From assembly GCA_040772005.1 (NCBI GenBank), contig JAXGYZ010000002.1:573061-637060 (forward strand): DNA of 64,000 nucleotides. Direction: 5' to 3'. The DNA comes from Anaerolineae bacterium (lineage in GTDB: Bacteria; Chloroflexota; Anaerolineae; CG2-30-64-16). A model generated the notes under the pieces. It was not told the DNA's origin. It made no database searches and worked only from the letters and a program-made list of their open reading frames with translations. This document shows positions 1-8,690 of the stretch, one piece after another. The position numbers were made by a program, and so were the translations under genes. How positions within the stretch are numbered: the stretch's first letter is position 1; every line of letters starts with the position of its first letter.

Positions 1-1
1 C

Positions 2-1783
2 CTGCCTCCGCCGGGCGCAGCCGTCACCTATCAGTACACCTGGACCAACACCGGCGAGACCTACCTGGGCGACGTGACCATCACCGACGACAACGGTACG
101 CCGGCCGACATGACCGATGACGTTGTCGTGTGCACGGTGCCCGGCCCCCTGGCGCCGGGCGCAGCGGGCACCTGTCTGTGGCCCGCGTTCATCGGCGCAG
201 ACCGGACCAATGTTGCCATCGCTGTGAGTGCGGCGGTGGATGCCGATGGCAACCTGCTGCCGGGCGATCCCGTTTCCGATACCGACGATGCGGTGGTCGT
301 TATCGGGGATGTGCAACCGTCGCCCAGCCCGACCGCTACCGCGACGGCCACGCCGTCACCTACGGTGACTTACACGCCTACGGCGACTTACACGCCGACG
401 CCGTCGCCTACCGATGTGCCCGGCGCGACGGCCACGCCGTCACCTACGGCCACACCGTCACCCACGGTGACGCCGTCACCTACGGCCACGCCTTCACCTT
501 CGGTGACTTACACGGCAACGCCAACGCAAACCATGACGTCTACGCCGACCGCAACGGGGACATCGGTGGCTACCGCAACTTCCACGTCGTCGCCTACGGT
601 GACTTACACGCCTACGCCGTCACCTTCGGTGACTTACACGCCCTCGCCCACTGCGACTGTTGAGGAGTTGCTGTCGCCCACGCCGACGTCGTCGCCTGCG
701 GCGACTTACACGCCGGGGCCGGTCTATCTGCCCATCGTCATGCTGCCGCCACCGACGCCCACGCCGACGGCGTCGCCAACGGCAACGCCGTCGGCGGTGG
801 CGACTTACACGCCGACCCGCACGCAAACACCCGTCCCGACGGCGACGGCGACCGTGCCGATCCCGGGCTACGTGCATCCGAAGTCGATCGCCGTGGATCC
901 GCGGTCGCAGCGGGTCTACTCGACCTCGCACGACACCAATCGCCTGTATGTGTTCGATGCTGCGACTTTGGCGACGCTGGGGTATGCGGACGTGGGGCGG
1001 GAGCCGTGGGGTGTGGCCGTCAATAGCGCGACGAACAAGGTCTACGTGGCGAATTTCGCGAGCGGCGACCTCTACGTGCTGGATGCAACCACGCTCGAAC
1101 GCCGCGCGGTCATCTCGGTGGGGCCGAAGCCGACCTACGTCGAAATCAACCCTGTCACGAACCGGGTCTTCGTCGTGACCTACGGCAACAGCCGCGTGGC
1201 CATCGTCAACGGCGTGACCGATCTGCTGGAGGCGACCGTGCCTTCGGGCGGCGTGGCGGCCTGGGGCATCGCGGTGAACACCGGCGCGAACCATGTGTAT
1301 GTCAGCAACCGGGATTCGGGCGATGTCACCGTGTTGGACGGCCAGAACGGCTACCAGGTGTTGCAGGGGTGGACGGTCAAGCCGTGCGGCGGCGCGGGTG
1401 CGTCGCCCTACGAACTGGACTTCAACCCGCTCAATAGCCGGCTTTATATCGCGTGCTCGCCCTATCACAACGTCAACCGGGCCGCGATCTACCAGGCGGA
1501 TGCGTACGGGCTGACCAAGCGGGCGTTTGTGGCTATCGGGGATGGCGGTGAGGATGCGGGCGGCGGCGTGGCCGTGGACACGGCGACATCGAACGTCTTC
1601 ATCACCAACAGCCGCGCCAACACGGTCAGCGTCATCAGCGGACTGACGGATACGGTGATTGCCACCCTGCCCACCGGCCGCGACCCGTTCGGCGTGGCAG
1701 TCGATCCGCTCACGCGGCGGGTGTACATCGTCAACCGGCGGAGCAGCGACCTGACGGTGCTGCAAGACAGCTTCGCGCCCTGA
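2..1783 (+). CDS. 5'-truncated cell-surface protein: DUF11-like N-terminal piece, Thr/Pro/Ser-rich linker, C-terminal YVTN-family beta-propeller repeats
   Basis: The frame is open from position 2 (LPPPGAAVTYQYTWTNTGETYLGDVTITDDNG resembles the DUF11 'conserved repeat domain'). A long TPSPTATYTPT low-complexity linker follows, then repeated 'NKVYVANFASGDLYVLDATT'-type YVTN beta-propeller units. Stop at 1783. Confidence 0.6.
   Translation: MPPPGAAVTYQYTWTNTGETYLGDVTITDDNGTPADMTDDVVVCTVPGPLAPGAAGTCLWPAFIGADRTNVAIAVSAAVDADGNLLPGDPVSDTDDAVVVIGDVQPSPSPTATATATPSPTVTYTPTATYTPTPSPTDVPGATATPSPTATPSPTVTPSPTATPSPSVTYTATPTQTMTSTPTATGTSVATATSTSSPTVTYTPTPSPSVTYTPSPTATVEELLSPTPTSSPAATYTPGPVYLPIVMLPPPTPTPTASPTATPSAVATYTPTRTQTPVPTATATVPIPGYVHPKSIAVDPRSQRVYSTSHDTNRLYVFDAATLATLGYADVGREPWGVAVNSATNKVYVANFASGDLYVLDATTLERRAVISVGPKPTYVEINPVTNRVFVVTYGNSRVAIVNGVTDLLEATVPSGGVAAWGIAVNTGANHVYVSNRDSGDVTVLDGQNGYQVLQGWTVKPCGGAGASPYELDFNPLNSRLYIACSPYHNVNRAAIYQADAYGLTKRAFVAIGDGGEDAGGGVAVDTATSNVFITNSRANTVSVISGLTDTVIATLPTGRDPFGVAVDPLTRRVYIVNRRSSDLTVLQDSFAP
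323..884 (+). repeat. Intragenic tandem low-complexity repeats encoding the TP-rich linker (PSPTVTYTPTATYTPT...)
   Basis: Reiterated ~30-60-nt units (acgccgtcacctacggc... / gtgacttacacgcc...) visible directly in the nucleotide sequence. Confidence 0.6.
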
Positions 1784-2066
1784 GGCGGGACGCCGGTGTT
1801 CTGCATGCGGGCAGGCTCCAGCCGGCTGATGCAGGCTGACCCAATACCCCGGCAATGAACGAGAGGAGTTTGCATCCTCAGATGCAAACGGCGGCGCCCG
1901 TGATGCGGGCCGTTCCGCATCTGAGGATGCGGAACTCCTCATGCTGGTTGCCAGGATACAGAGCCAATCTTCATAAGCCTCGACTCCAGGCGGCAGTGTC
2001 CTGGCGGTCGCTGGCAATACAAAGGCCCGGAGGTGTGTCCGGGCCTCTATATTATCCAGCTTCCGG

Positions 2067-2247
2067 CGGGCGCGTTTCATACTGGGGGCGCGGCCAGCGC
2101 GAATACGCGAATGGCGCTGCGGCGCTGGGCACGGATACACGAATATCCCGCCGCGGCGCACACGATTCGCGTATTCGTGGCGCGCCAGCGCATTCGTTTA
2201 TCCGCGATGGCCGCGCCCCCAACGTGAGACGCACCCGTTTCCGGCTT
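2067..2247 (+). repeat. Family-A structured palindromic repeat, copy 1 (~181 bp), flanked by 11-bp direct repeat CCAGCTTCCGG (2056-2066 / 2248-2258)
   Basis: About 95% identical to 29624-29798 and, in reverse orientation with an internal deletion, to 38497-38625. Nested inverted repeats (gcgtttcatactgggggcgcggcca...tggccgcgcccccaacgtgagacgc; gcgaatacgcgaat...attcgcgtattcg). Confidence 0.6.
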
Positions 2248-2259
2248 CCAGCTTCCGGT

Positions 2260-3318
2260 CTACAGCTTCGCCATCACGTCTTCCAGCGCGGCGCGGCTGG
2301 GGCGGAGCTTGTCCTCCGTCAGGTGGACGAGCGGAGTTTCCGGCACGTGCAGCAGCTCGTGCAGGTCGGGCCGCTCCTGCTGGTTGATGTAGATGAGGCC
2401 GGTGATGAACTGCTGGTTCTGCCGCGCCTCTTCGAGCGTGCGGAACGCGTTCATCTTGTCGGTCGGGTCATAGTCCGGGTCCAGCTTCTTGAGCAGGATG
2501 CGCGAGCCATCGTGCATCGCGACTTCCATCTCGCCCTCGTAGTAGCCGATGCTGATTTCCTCGTAGTGCGGGATGAAGTTCAGCTCGTTGAGCGCGGTCT
2601 CCTTCTGCTTGCCCCAGGTGTAGCTCTTGCTCGAATCGTCGTGGTTGTTGAAGGTGACGCACGGGCTGATGATGTCGAGCACGGCGATGCCGCGATGGCT
2701 GAACGCGGCCTTGAGCAGCGTCTCCACCTGGCGCGGGTCGCCCGCGAAGCTGCGCGCAACGAACGTCGCGTTGGCGGCCAAGGCCTCCAGGCAGATGTCG
2801 AGCGGGGGCAGGTTGTTGACCCCCGCGTACTTGAGCCGTTGGCCCAGGTCCGCGGTCGCGCTGAACTGGCCCTTGGTCAGCCCGTAGACGCCGTTGTTCT
2901 CCACGATGTAGAGCATCGGGACGTTGCGGCGCACCGCATGCTTGAACTGGCCGGTGCCGATGGAGGCCGTGTCGCCGTCGCCGCTGACGCCGATCACGGT
3001 CAGGTTGCGGTTGGCAATGGCCGCGCCGGTTGCCACGGCAGGCATACGGCCGTGCACGCCGTTGAACGCGTGGCTCCAGCCCAGGAAGTAGGCGGGCGAC
3101 TTGCTGCTGCAGCCGATGCCGCTCATCTTGACGACCTGCGTCTGGTCCAGGCCCAGCTCCCAGGCGACGTTGATGATGCGCTGGCTGATGGTATCGTGGC
3201 CGCAGCCCTTGCACAGGGTGGACGGCGCGCCCTTATACGCGTTCCGATCCAGGCCCAGGCTATTGACTTTAATCGCCGCCGCTGCCGGGCGGGCGGGTGC
3301 TTCAGTCGTGGTTCCCAT
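2260..3318 (-). CDS. korB: 2-oxoacid:ferredoxin oxidoreductase beta subunit (TPP-binding)
   Basis: MGTTTEAP...LCKGCGHDTI...GIGCSSK...GDGD motifs. Start at 3318 has a GGAGCA/AAGGAG-type RBS. An upstream TTG extension was rejected. Confidence 0.85.
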   Translation of the reverse strand: MGTTTEAPARPAAAAIKVNSLGLDRNAYKGAPSTLCKGCGHDTISQRIINVAWELGLDQTQVVKMSGIGCSSKSPAYFLGWSHAFNGVHGRMPAVATGAAIANRNLTVIGVSGDGDTASIGTGQFKHAVRRNVPMLYIVENNGVYGLTKGQFSATADLGQRLKYAGVNNLPPLDICLEALAANATFVARSFAGDPRQVETLLKAAFSHRGIAVLDIISPCVTFNNHDDSSKSYTWGKQKETALNELNFIPHYEEISIGYYEGEMEVAMHDGSRILLKKLDPDYDPTDKMNAFRTLEEARQNQQFITGLIYINQQERPDLHELLHVPETPLVHLTEDKLRPSRAALEDVMAKL

Positions 3319-3329
3319 GATGTGCTCCT

Positions 3330-5201
3330 TTACTGCAAACCCTTCTGGACCTGTTCGGCAATCCACGCCGCAGTCAACGACAGGCCGTTGCTGCGCGCGA
3401 CCGAAACCATCTTGCCCGCGCACCCCAGCATCTCCGACCGGAGGATCTGGTGCAACTGGCCTTCGTAGTTATTCTCCACGACGAAGATGCGGCTGTACTT
3501 CTCGGTGAAGGCCCGGACCGCATCGTTGATCGGCAGCGCCCGCAGCCGCAGATAGCTCGTCTCGATGCCGGCCGCCCGCAGCAGGTCGCGCGCCTCCATG
3601 ATGGCCGGGTGGTTCGAGCCGACGCTGATGATCGCAACATCCGTGCCCGCAACCTCGTCGACGTACGGCCCGGGGACAAGATTGCGCGTCGTTTCCCACT
3701 TGCGCGCCAGCCGGTCCATGTTGGCTTCCCAGTCTTCGGGCCGCTCGCTGTAGGTGGCGTACTCGGTGTGGCCGGTGCCGCGGGTGAAGTAGGCCGCCGC
3801 GCGGTGTCGCGTGCCGGGCAGCGTGCGCCAGCCGACGCCGTCGCCATCCACGTCCTTGTAGCGGCCCCATGAGTTGCCCAGCTCGTTGAGCTGTTCCACC
3901 GTGAGCACCTTGCCGCGGTCCAGCGGGCGCTCCGGATACTTGAACTGGTCGCTGATCCAGACATTCATGCCGAGGTCCAGGTCGCTCAGCACCATGACCA
4001 GGGTTTGCAGGCGCTCCGCCAGATCCAATGCGACGTGGCCGAACTCGAACGCCTCCGCGGGGTCAGCCGGGAAGAGCAGCGGATGGCGCGTGTCGCCGTG
4101 GCTGAGATAGTAGGCTGCGGAGATGTCGCCCTGGCTGGTGCGCGTCGGCAGGCCGGTGCTGGGGCCGATGCGCTGGATGTCCCAGACGACCGCGGGCACC
4201 TCCGCGAAATAGGCCAGGCCGGCGAACTCGCCCATCAGGTCGATGCCGGGGCCGGAAGTCGCGGTCATGGCGCGCGCCCCCGCCCAGCCCGCGCCGATGA
4301 CCATGCCGAGCGCGGCCAGCTCATCCTCCGCCTGGATGATGGCGAAGTTGCCGCGGCCGGTCTCGGGATCGGTGCGCAGCTTGGGCAGGTACTTGTTGAG
4401 CGCGTCGGGCAGGCTGGACGCGGGGGTGATCGGGTACCACGAGACGACGGTCACGCCGCCGAAGATGCTGCCGAGCGCGGCCGCGGTGTTGCCATCCACG
4501 AGCATCTTGTCCTCGTTGAAGCCGGTCATGCGCTCGACGCGGTAGGGATCGGTTTTGACCAGGTTGGCCTGCGCCCACTCGTAGGCGCGGCGCACCATGT
4601 CCATGTTGAGCTCGATGGGCTTGCGCTTGCCGTCGAAGTTCCACTCGACCGCGGCCTCGATTTCGGCCATGTCCAGGTCGAGGATGTGGACGAGCACGCC
4701 GACGTAGACCATGTTGGCAATGTAGTCACGCAGCTCGAAGGGCAGGCTGGCTTCCTTGACCAGCTTGCCGACCGGCATCGGGTAGTAGGTGACGTCGGGC
4801 CGCCGCGCGGCGACCGGCAGCGAGTCGTCGTAGAGCACGATGCCGCCCTCCGCGACCTGCGCCATGTCTTCCGCGGCCGTGCGGCCGTTCATGCACACCG
4901 CAATTTCGTAGGGGTCACGGCGGCCGAGGTAGCCGTCCTTGCTGAGACGGATGATGTACCAGGTAGGCAGGCCCTGGATGTTGCTGGGGAAGAGGTTCTT
5001 GCCGGTGACGGGGATGCCCATCTTGAAGAACGCCCGCAGCAATACACCGTTGCTCGTCTGGCTGCCCGAGCCGTTGACCGTTGCGATGTTGAGCGAGAAG
5101 TTATTCACCCGCACGCCATCGCTTTGCGCCGCCGGCTGTGGCTGTGCTGCCACAGCGGACGAGACTTCGTCGGGACGGACTCTGTCCGACATGAGGCTCA
5201 T
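3330..5201 (-). CDS. korA: 2-oxoacid (2-oxoglutarate):ferredoxin oxidoreductase alpha subunit
   Basis: 623 aa, typical KorA length. AAGGAGA RBS before the ATG at 5201. Stop 11 nt before the korB start. Confidence 0.85.
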   Translation of the reverse strand: MSLMSDRVRPDEVSSAVAAQPQPAAQSDGVRVNNFSLNIATVNGSGSQTSNGVLLRAFFKMGIPVTGKNLFPSNIQGLPTWYIIRLSKDGYLGRRDPYEIAVCMNGRTAAEDMAQVAEGGIVLYDDSLPVAARRPDVTYYPMPVGKLVKEASLPFELRDYIANMVYVGVLVHILDLDMAEIEAAVEWNFDGKRKPIELNMDMVRRAYEWAQANLVKTDPYRVERMTGFNEDKMLVDGNTAAALGSIFGGVTVVSWYPITPASSLPDALNKYLPKLRTDPETGRGNFAIIQAEDELAALGMVIGAGWAGARAMTATSGPGIDLMGEFAGLAYFAEVPAVVWDIQRIGPSTGLPTRTSQGDISAAYYLSHGDTRHPLLFPADPAEAFEFGHVALDLAERLQTLVMVLSDLDLGMNVWISDQFKYPERPLDRGKVLTVEQLNELGNSWGRYKDVDGDGVGWRTLPGTRHRAAAYFTRGTGHTEYATYSERPEDWEANMDRLARKWETTRNLVPGPYVDEVAGTDVAIISVGSNHPAIMEARDLLRAAGIETSYLRLRALPINDAVRAFTEKYSRIFVVENNYEGQLHQILRSEMLGCAGKMVSVARSNGLSLTAAWIAEQVQKGLQ

Positions 5202-5911
5202 ACTGCTTCTCCTTGAAGTTCGGTGACAGAAACCGAGAGTTCATGGGCCACGCCCATTCTGTCAAGCAAGCGCATGTGCTGAATCAAAAGTTCCTTGCCG
5301 TGCGCGTATTCTCCGTTGTGGATGGCCCCGGCGATGCGCGCATGGTAGCCCCAGACTTCCTGCAAATAGCTGTAATCGGCATAGGTGTTCAGTTCGACTG
5401 CTTCGTAGGCGTCCCAATAGGCTTCCAGCAGGCCCAGGACGAAGGGGTTTGCGATGCGCCGGAAGATGCCCAGGTGAAACGCCCGGTGTTCCTCGTATGG
5501 AATCTGGATGCGCGATTCGCCCAGCTTGGCGTGCGCCCGCTCGACGAGCTGGCACAGGTCCGCCTTGTCCTCGTCGGTCAGGAGCACGACGGCCTCGTCC
5601 CAGAAGGCCGTTTCCAGGTGGATGCGCAGGGTGCTGTACGCGCGGAAGGCCTCAGGGTCCAGCCCCAGCGCGATCATCAGGCCGAGACGCACGGCAGGGC
5701 GGAAGTCGTAGGGCAGGCAGCGGATCCCGCGGCGCGGGCTCGCCTCCACCAGGCCCAGGACCCGCGCGACCTCGAACTGCTCGCGCAGCTTGCCGACGCT
5801 GATGCCCACCTCCGTGCTGATTTCGTCGAGCGACGGCAGCCGCTCGCCGGGCTGGCAGCCGTGTGCCAGCAAGTAACGGAGGAATTCTGAGTCGAGATGC
5901 GAAAGAATCAT
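5198..5911 (-). CDS. GntR-family transcriptional regulator (FadR/FCD-type C-terminal domain)
   Basis: HTH 'LPSLDEISTEVGISVGKLREQFEVARVLGLV' near the N-terminus. Stop overlaps the korA start (ATGA). Start chosen at 5911 (MILSHL); a longer alternative start at 5971 would run through the divergent promoter. Confidence 0.55.
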   Translation of the reverse strand: MILSHLDSEFLRYLLAHGCQPGERLPSLDEISTEVGISVGKLREQFEVARVLGLVEASPRRGIRCLPYDFRPAVRLGLMIALGLDPEAFRAYSTLRIHLETAFWDEAVVLLTDEDKADLCQLVERAHAKLGESRIQIPYEEHRAFHLGIFRRIANPFVLGLLEAYWDAYEAVELNTYADYSYLQEVWGYHARIAGAIHNGEYAHGKELLIQHMRLLDRMGVAHELSVSVTELQGEAV

Positions 5912-5938
5912 GTATGCTGCTCTCAATCCTCCGATTGA

Positions 5939-5968
5939 TTGGAACAATCGGATTGATTGCATTATAAT
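5939..5968 (+). promoter_or_regulatory. Putative sigma70-like promoter TTGGAA-18-TATAAT for the 6004 gene, overlapped by direct repeats GATTGATTG (5934-5942, 5952-5960)
   Basis: Hexamers read directly from the sequence. The direct repeats are a candidate GntR operator in the divergent intergenic region. Confidence 0.35.
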
Positions 5969-6003
5969 CATGCCTGAGCGGATTGCAAGTCAGGAGGAAT
6001 ACT

Positions 6004-6312
6004 ATGCTCGTCGTGCGTGATGTCTTTCAGGCGAAGTACGGCCGTGGCGATGAGCTGGTGGCCCTGTTCCAGGAACTGGACGGCTACTGGCACCAGTCCA
6101 TGCGCAGAGTGCCATTTCGCAACTTCCGGATTCTCACGGACGCCAGCGGTCCGTTTTTTACCGTCGTGACCGAGATGGAAGTGGATACTATGGCGGCCTG
6201 GGAAGAGGTTGTGGCCAAAGAGCTTGCGCTGCCGCAGTTCGGGGATTGGTTTGCGCGCATGGCGCCGCTCGTCGAGACGGGCCGCCGCGAGTTTTATCAC
6301 CTGGTTGGATAG
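6004..6312 (+). CDS. Small hypothetical protein (about 102 aa; possibly dimeric alpha/beta-barrel, ABM/Dabb-like)
   Basis: AGGAGG RBS 7 nt upstream of the ATG at 6004. Fold assignment is a weak guess from sequence character. Confidence 0.5.
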   Translation: MLVVRDVFQAKYGRGDELVALFQELDGYWHQSMRRVPFRNFRILTDASGPFFTVVTEMEVDTMAAWEEVVAKELALPQFGDWFARMAPLVETGRREFYHLVG

Positions 6313-6435
6313 ATCGCTTCACGATTGTGCGCGGGCCACATCCTTCGACTGGTGACTGTGGGCCGGCGAGGTTGAGCCGTACACCCGCTCAGGATGCTCC
6401 GCGCATCTGGATTTGCTGATAGTGCGGGGTTGAGA

Positions 6436-6464
6436 TTGGCCCCTGCATCCGGGGGGTGCTATAA
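6436..6464 (+). promoter_or_regulatory. Putative promoter TTGGCC-17-TGcTATAAT (extended -10) for gdh
   Basis: Read from the sequence. Implies a ~130-nt leader containing a 12-bp hairpin (6524-6562). Confidence 0.45.
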
Positions 6465-6596
6465 TTTGTCCTACCAGCGATGGTGCAATCAGCATAGGCT
6501 TCGCCCAAATGCTGAATATAAACGCGGAGTGCGGCCGCCTCCCCTGGCAGCCGCACTCCCGCAAATCCCTGCAATGGAGCAAGGAAGGAGTCACTC

Positions 6597-7919
6597 ATGC
6601 GCAACCCAATTCTCGAGGCACCCACACACCTCAAGCCCGAACCCTCCGCTGCCGCGCTGCACCCTGAACAGGACCTTTGGGACACCGTTTTGGCCTCCCT
6701 GGATGACGTCGCCGCGCGCCTGAACCTGGATCCCGGCCTCCACGCGATCCTGCGCGAGCCTGAACGCGAGCTGACTGTGGCCGTGCCGGTCAGCATGGAT
6801 GACGGCTCGACGAAGGTGTTCAAGGGCTACCGCGTGCAGCATTCATCGGTGCGCGGCCCCTGTAAAGGGGGGATTCGCTATCATCCGGATGTCAACCTGA
6901 ACGAAGTCAAGGGCCTGGCCGCGATGATGACGTGGAAGTGCGCGGTCGTCGATATCCCGTTCGGCGGCGCGAAGGGCGGCATCCAGGTCGATCCCACGGG
7001 CATGTCACAGGGCGAACTTGCCCGCATGACCCGGCGCTTTACCTCGATGATCCTGCCCATCCTGGGCGGCAAGCGCGACATCCCCGCGCCCGACGTGAAC
7101 ACCAACGCACAGGTCATGGCCTGGATCGTGGACACGGCGAACATGATCGAGGGCGTCCATATCCCCGAGATCGTCACCGGCAAGCCGTTGTCGTTGGGCG
7201 GCTCGCTGGGCCGCAAGGAGGCCACCGGCCGCGGGGTCGCCATCGTCACCGGCGAGCTGCTCAAGCGGGAGGGCCGGGCCCTGTCCGACACGACGGTTGC
7301 GGTGCAGGGGTTCGGCAATGTCGGCTCCTGGGCCGCGCGCATCCTGCGCGACATGGGCTGCAAGATCGTGGCCATCAGCGACGTAAGCGGCGGGCTGTAC
7401 AACGCGAACGGGCTGGACCTGGCCGCAATCGACAAGGCCGTCGCCCAGCACCCGCGACACCTGCTCGAAGGGTATGCTGCGTCGGATGTCGATCGCATCA
7501 ACAACGAGGAACTGCTCGAGACGCAGGCCGATGTGCTGATTCCTGCGGCCCTGGAGCACCAGATTCGCGAGGACAATGCCGACCACATCCACGCGCGCTA
7601 CATCGTCGAGGGCGCCAACGGCCCGACGACGCGCGAGGCCGACGAGATCCTGGAGGGCAAGGGCGTCATCGTGGTGCCCGACATCCTGGCGAATGCGGGC
7701 GGCGTCGCGACCAGCTACCTGGAATGGGTCCAGAATCTCCAGAATTTCTATTGGGAAGAAGACGAGGTCAACCAGCGGCTGACGAGCATCATGAAGCGGA
7801 GCTTCGCAGGTGTGTGGGACTTCTCGCGGGCCCAGCCTGTGCCTATGCGCCTCGGCGCGATGATGCTGGCGGTGTCGAAGGTCGCGGAGACGGCGCAGCA
7901 GCGCGGCATCTGGCCTTGA
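6597..7919 (+). CDS. gdhA: Glutamate dehydrogenase (Glu/Leu/Phe/Val dehydrogenase family)
   Basis: Hallmark motif KGGIRYHPDVNLNEVKGLAAMMTWKCAVVDIPFGGAKGG; Rossmann GFGNVG. AAGGAGG-like RBS. Confidence 0.9.
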   Translation: MRNPILEAPTHLKPEPSAAALHPEQDLWDTVLASLDDVAARLNLDPGLHAILREPERELTVAVPVSMDDGSTKVFKGYRVQHSSVRGPCKGGIRYHPDVNLNEVKGLAAMMTWKCAVVDIPFGGAKGGIQVDPTGMSQGELARMTRRFTSMILPILGGKRDIPAPDVNTNAQVMAWIVDTANMIEGVHIPEIVTGKPLSLGGSLGRKEATGRGVAIVTGELLKREGRALSDTTVAVQGFGNVGSWAARILRDMGCKIVAISDVSGGLYNANGLDLAAIDKAVAQHPRHLLEGYAASDVDRINNEELLETQADVLIPAALEHQIREDNADHIHARYIVEGANGPTTREADEILEGKGVIVVPDILANAGGVATSYLEWVQNLQNFYWEEDEVNQRLTSIMKRSFAGVWDFSRAQPVPMRLGAMMLAVSKVAETAQQRGIWP

Positions 7920-7923
7920 GGAC

Positions 7924-8013
7924 GATTGAAGATTGAAAATTGAAGATTGAAGATTACAGACGAGGCGGCCATGTTTTGGCAATCTTCAATCTGTAATCTT
8001 CAATCTTCAATCC
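7924..8013. repeat. GATTGAA heptamer-repeat element forming a long perfect hairpin (gattgaagattacaga...tctgtaatcttcaatc)
   Basis: Tandem GATTGAA units in both arms; begins immediately after the gdh stop codon. Related copies at 12033-12106, 42848-42877 and 34635-34690. Confidence 0.7.
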
Positions 8014-8031
8014 GTAATCGTGGAGGGTGTG

Positions 8032-8517
8032 ATGGCGAAGAAGGAGACACCGGAGGGCGTGCCGGCGGTCGGTGAGATGGCGCCGGACTTCGAGCTGCCG
8101 GCGGACGACGGGACGACGGTGCGGTTGAGCGACCTGCGCGGGCAGCGGGTGATCATCTATTTCTACCCCAAGGATGACACGCCCGGCTGCACGACCCAGG
8201 CCTGCGGATTCCGCGATTCCTTCGTGGAAATCACCGAGAAGAACGGGGTGGTGCTGGGCATCAGCCCGGACGGGGTCAAGAGCCACGTCAAGTTCAAGAC
8301 GAAGTTCGACCTGCCGTTCCGGCTGCTGGCGGACGAGGAGCGCAAGGTGGCGGAGCTATACGGAGTGTGGCGCGAGAAGACCAACTATGGCAAGACCTAT
8401 ATGGGGATTGTCCGCTCACACTTCGTGGTCGACGAGGAAGGCAAGCTGGCGGACGTGCAGTACGACGTCAGCCCGACCGTGAGCGTGGAGAGCGCGCTGG
8501 CAAGCCTGCGGCTGTAG
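8032..8517 (+). CDS. bcp: Peroxiredoxin Bcp (thiol peroxidase, bacterioferritin comigratory protein)
   Basis: YFYPKDDTPGCTTQACGFRD motif. GGAGGG RBS before the ATG at 8032. Confidence 0.85.
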   Translation: MAKKETPEGVPAVGEMAPDFELPADDGTTVRLSDLRGQRVIIYFYPKDDTPGCTTQACGFRDSFVEITEKNGVVLGISPDGVKSHVKFKTKFDLPFRLLADEERKVAELYGVWREKTNYGKTYMGIVRSHFVVDEEGKLADVQYDVSPTVSVESALASLRL

Positions 8518-8568
8518 TTCTGTTTTAACCGCAAAGGCGCGAAGGACGCGAAGCGACCATTTCCCCCC

Positions 8569-8612
8569 AACCCGTTTCCTGGGCCAACTCGCGGCCTGGG
8601 AAACGGGTTTTC
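8569..8612 (+). terminator. Putative rho-independent terminator after bcp
   Basis: GC-rich ~15-bp stem (aacccgtttcctgggcc / ggcctgggaaacgggtt) followed by TTTTCC. Confidence 0.5.
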
Positions 8613-8690
8613 CAAAGCAGCCCGAACGCATGACGGATCGGGCGCGCGATAGAGCCTGAATACATCTTGACTACCAGCGGAGGGCGAACC

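Noticed and set aside
620-2161. Long antisense or out-of-frame ORFs overlapping well-supported genes throughout the window (e.g. 620-2161 -, 1855-3468 +, 4005-5216 +, 25220-26851 +, 38852-40642 +, 49803-51929 +, 59987-62038 -)
   Set aside because: These are typical stop-codon-poor shadow ORFs of 65-70% GC DNA. Their translations are Arg/Ala/Gly/Pro-rich with no recognisable domains, and each is fully covered by a gene with clear family motifs on another frame or strand.
2033-2234. Small ORFs on both strands inside family-A repeats (e.g. 2033-2227 +, 2052-2234 -, 29633-29920 -) as conserved micro-proteins
   Set aside because: The similarity between their peptide sequences follows automatically from the DNA palindrome and repeat identity. 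There is no RBS and no independent coding signal.
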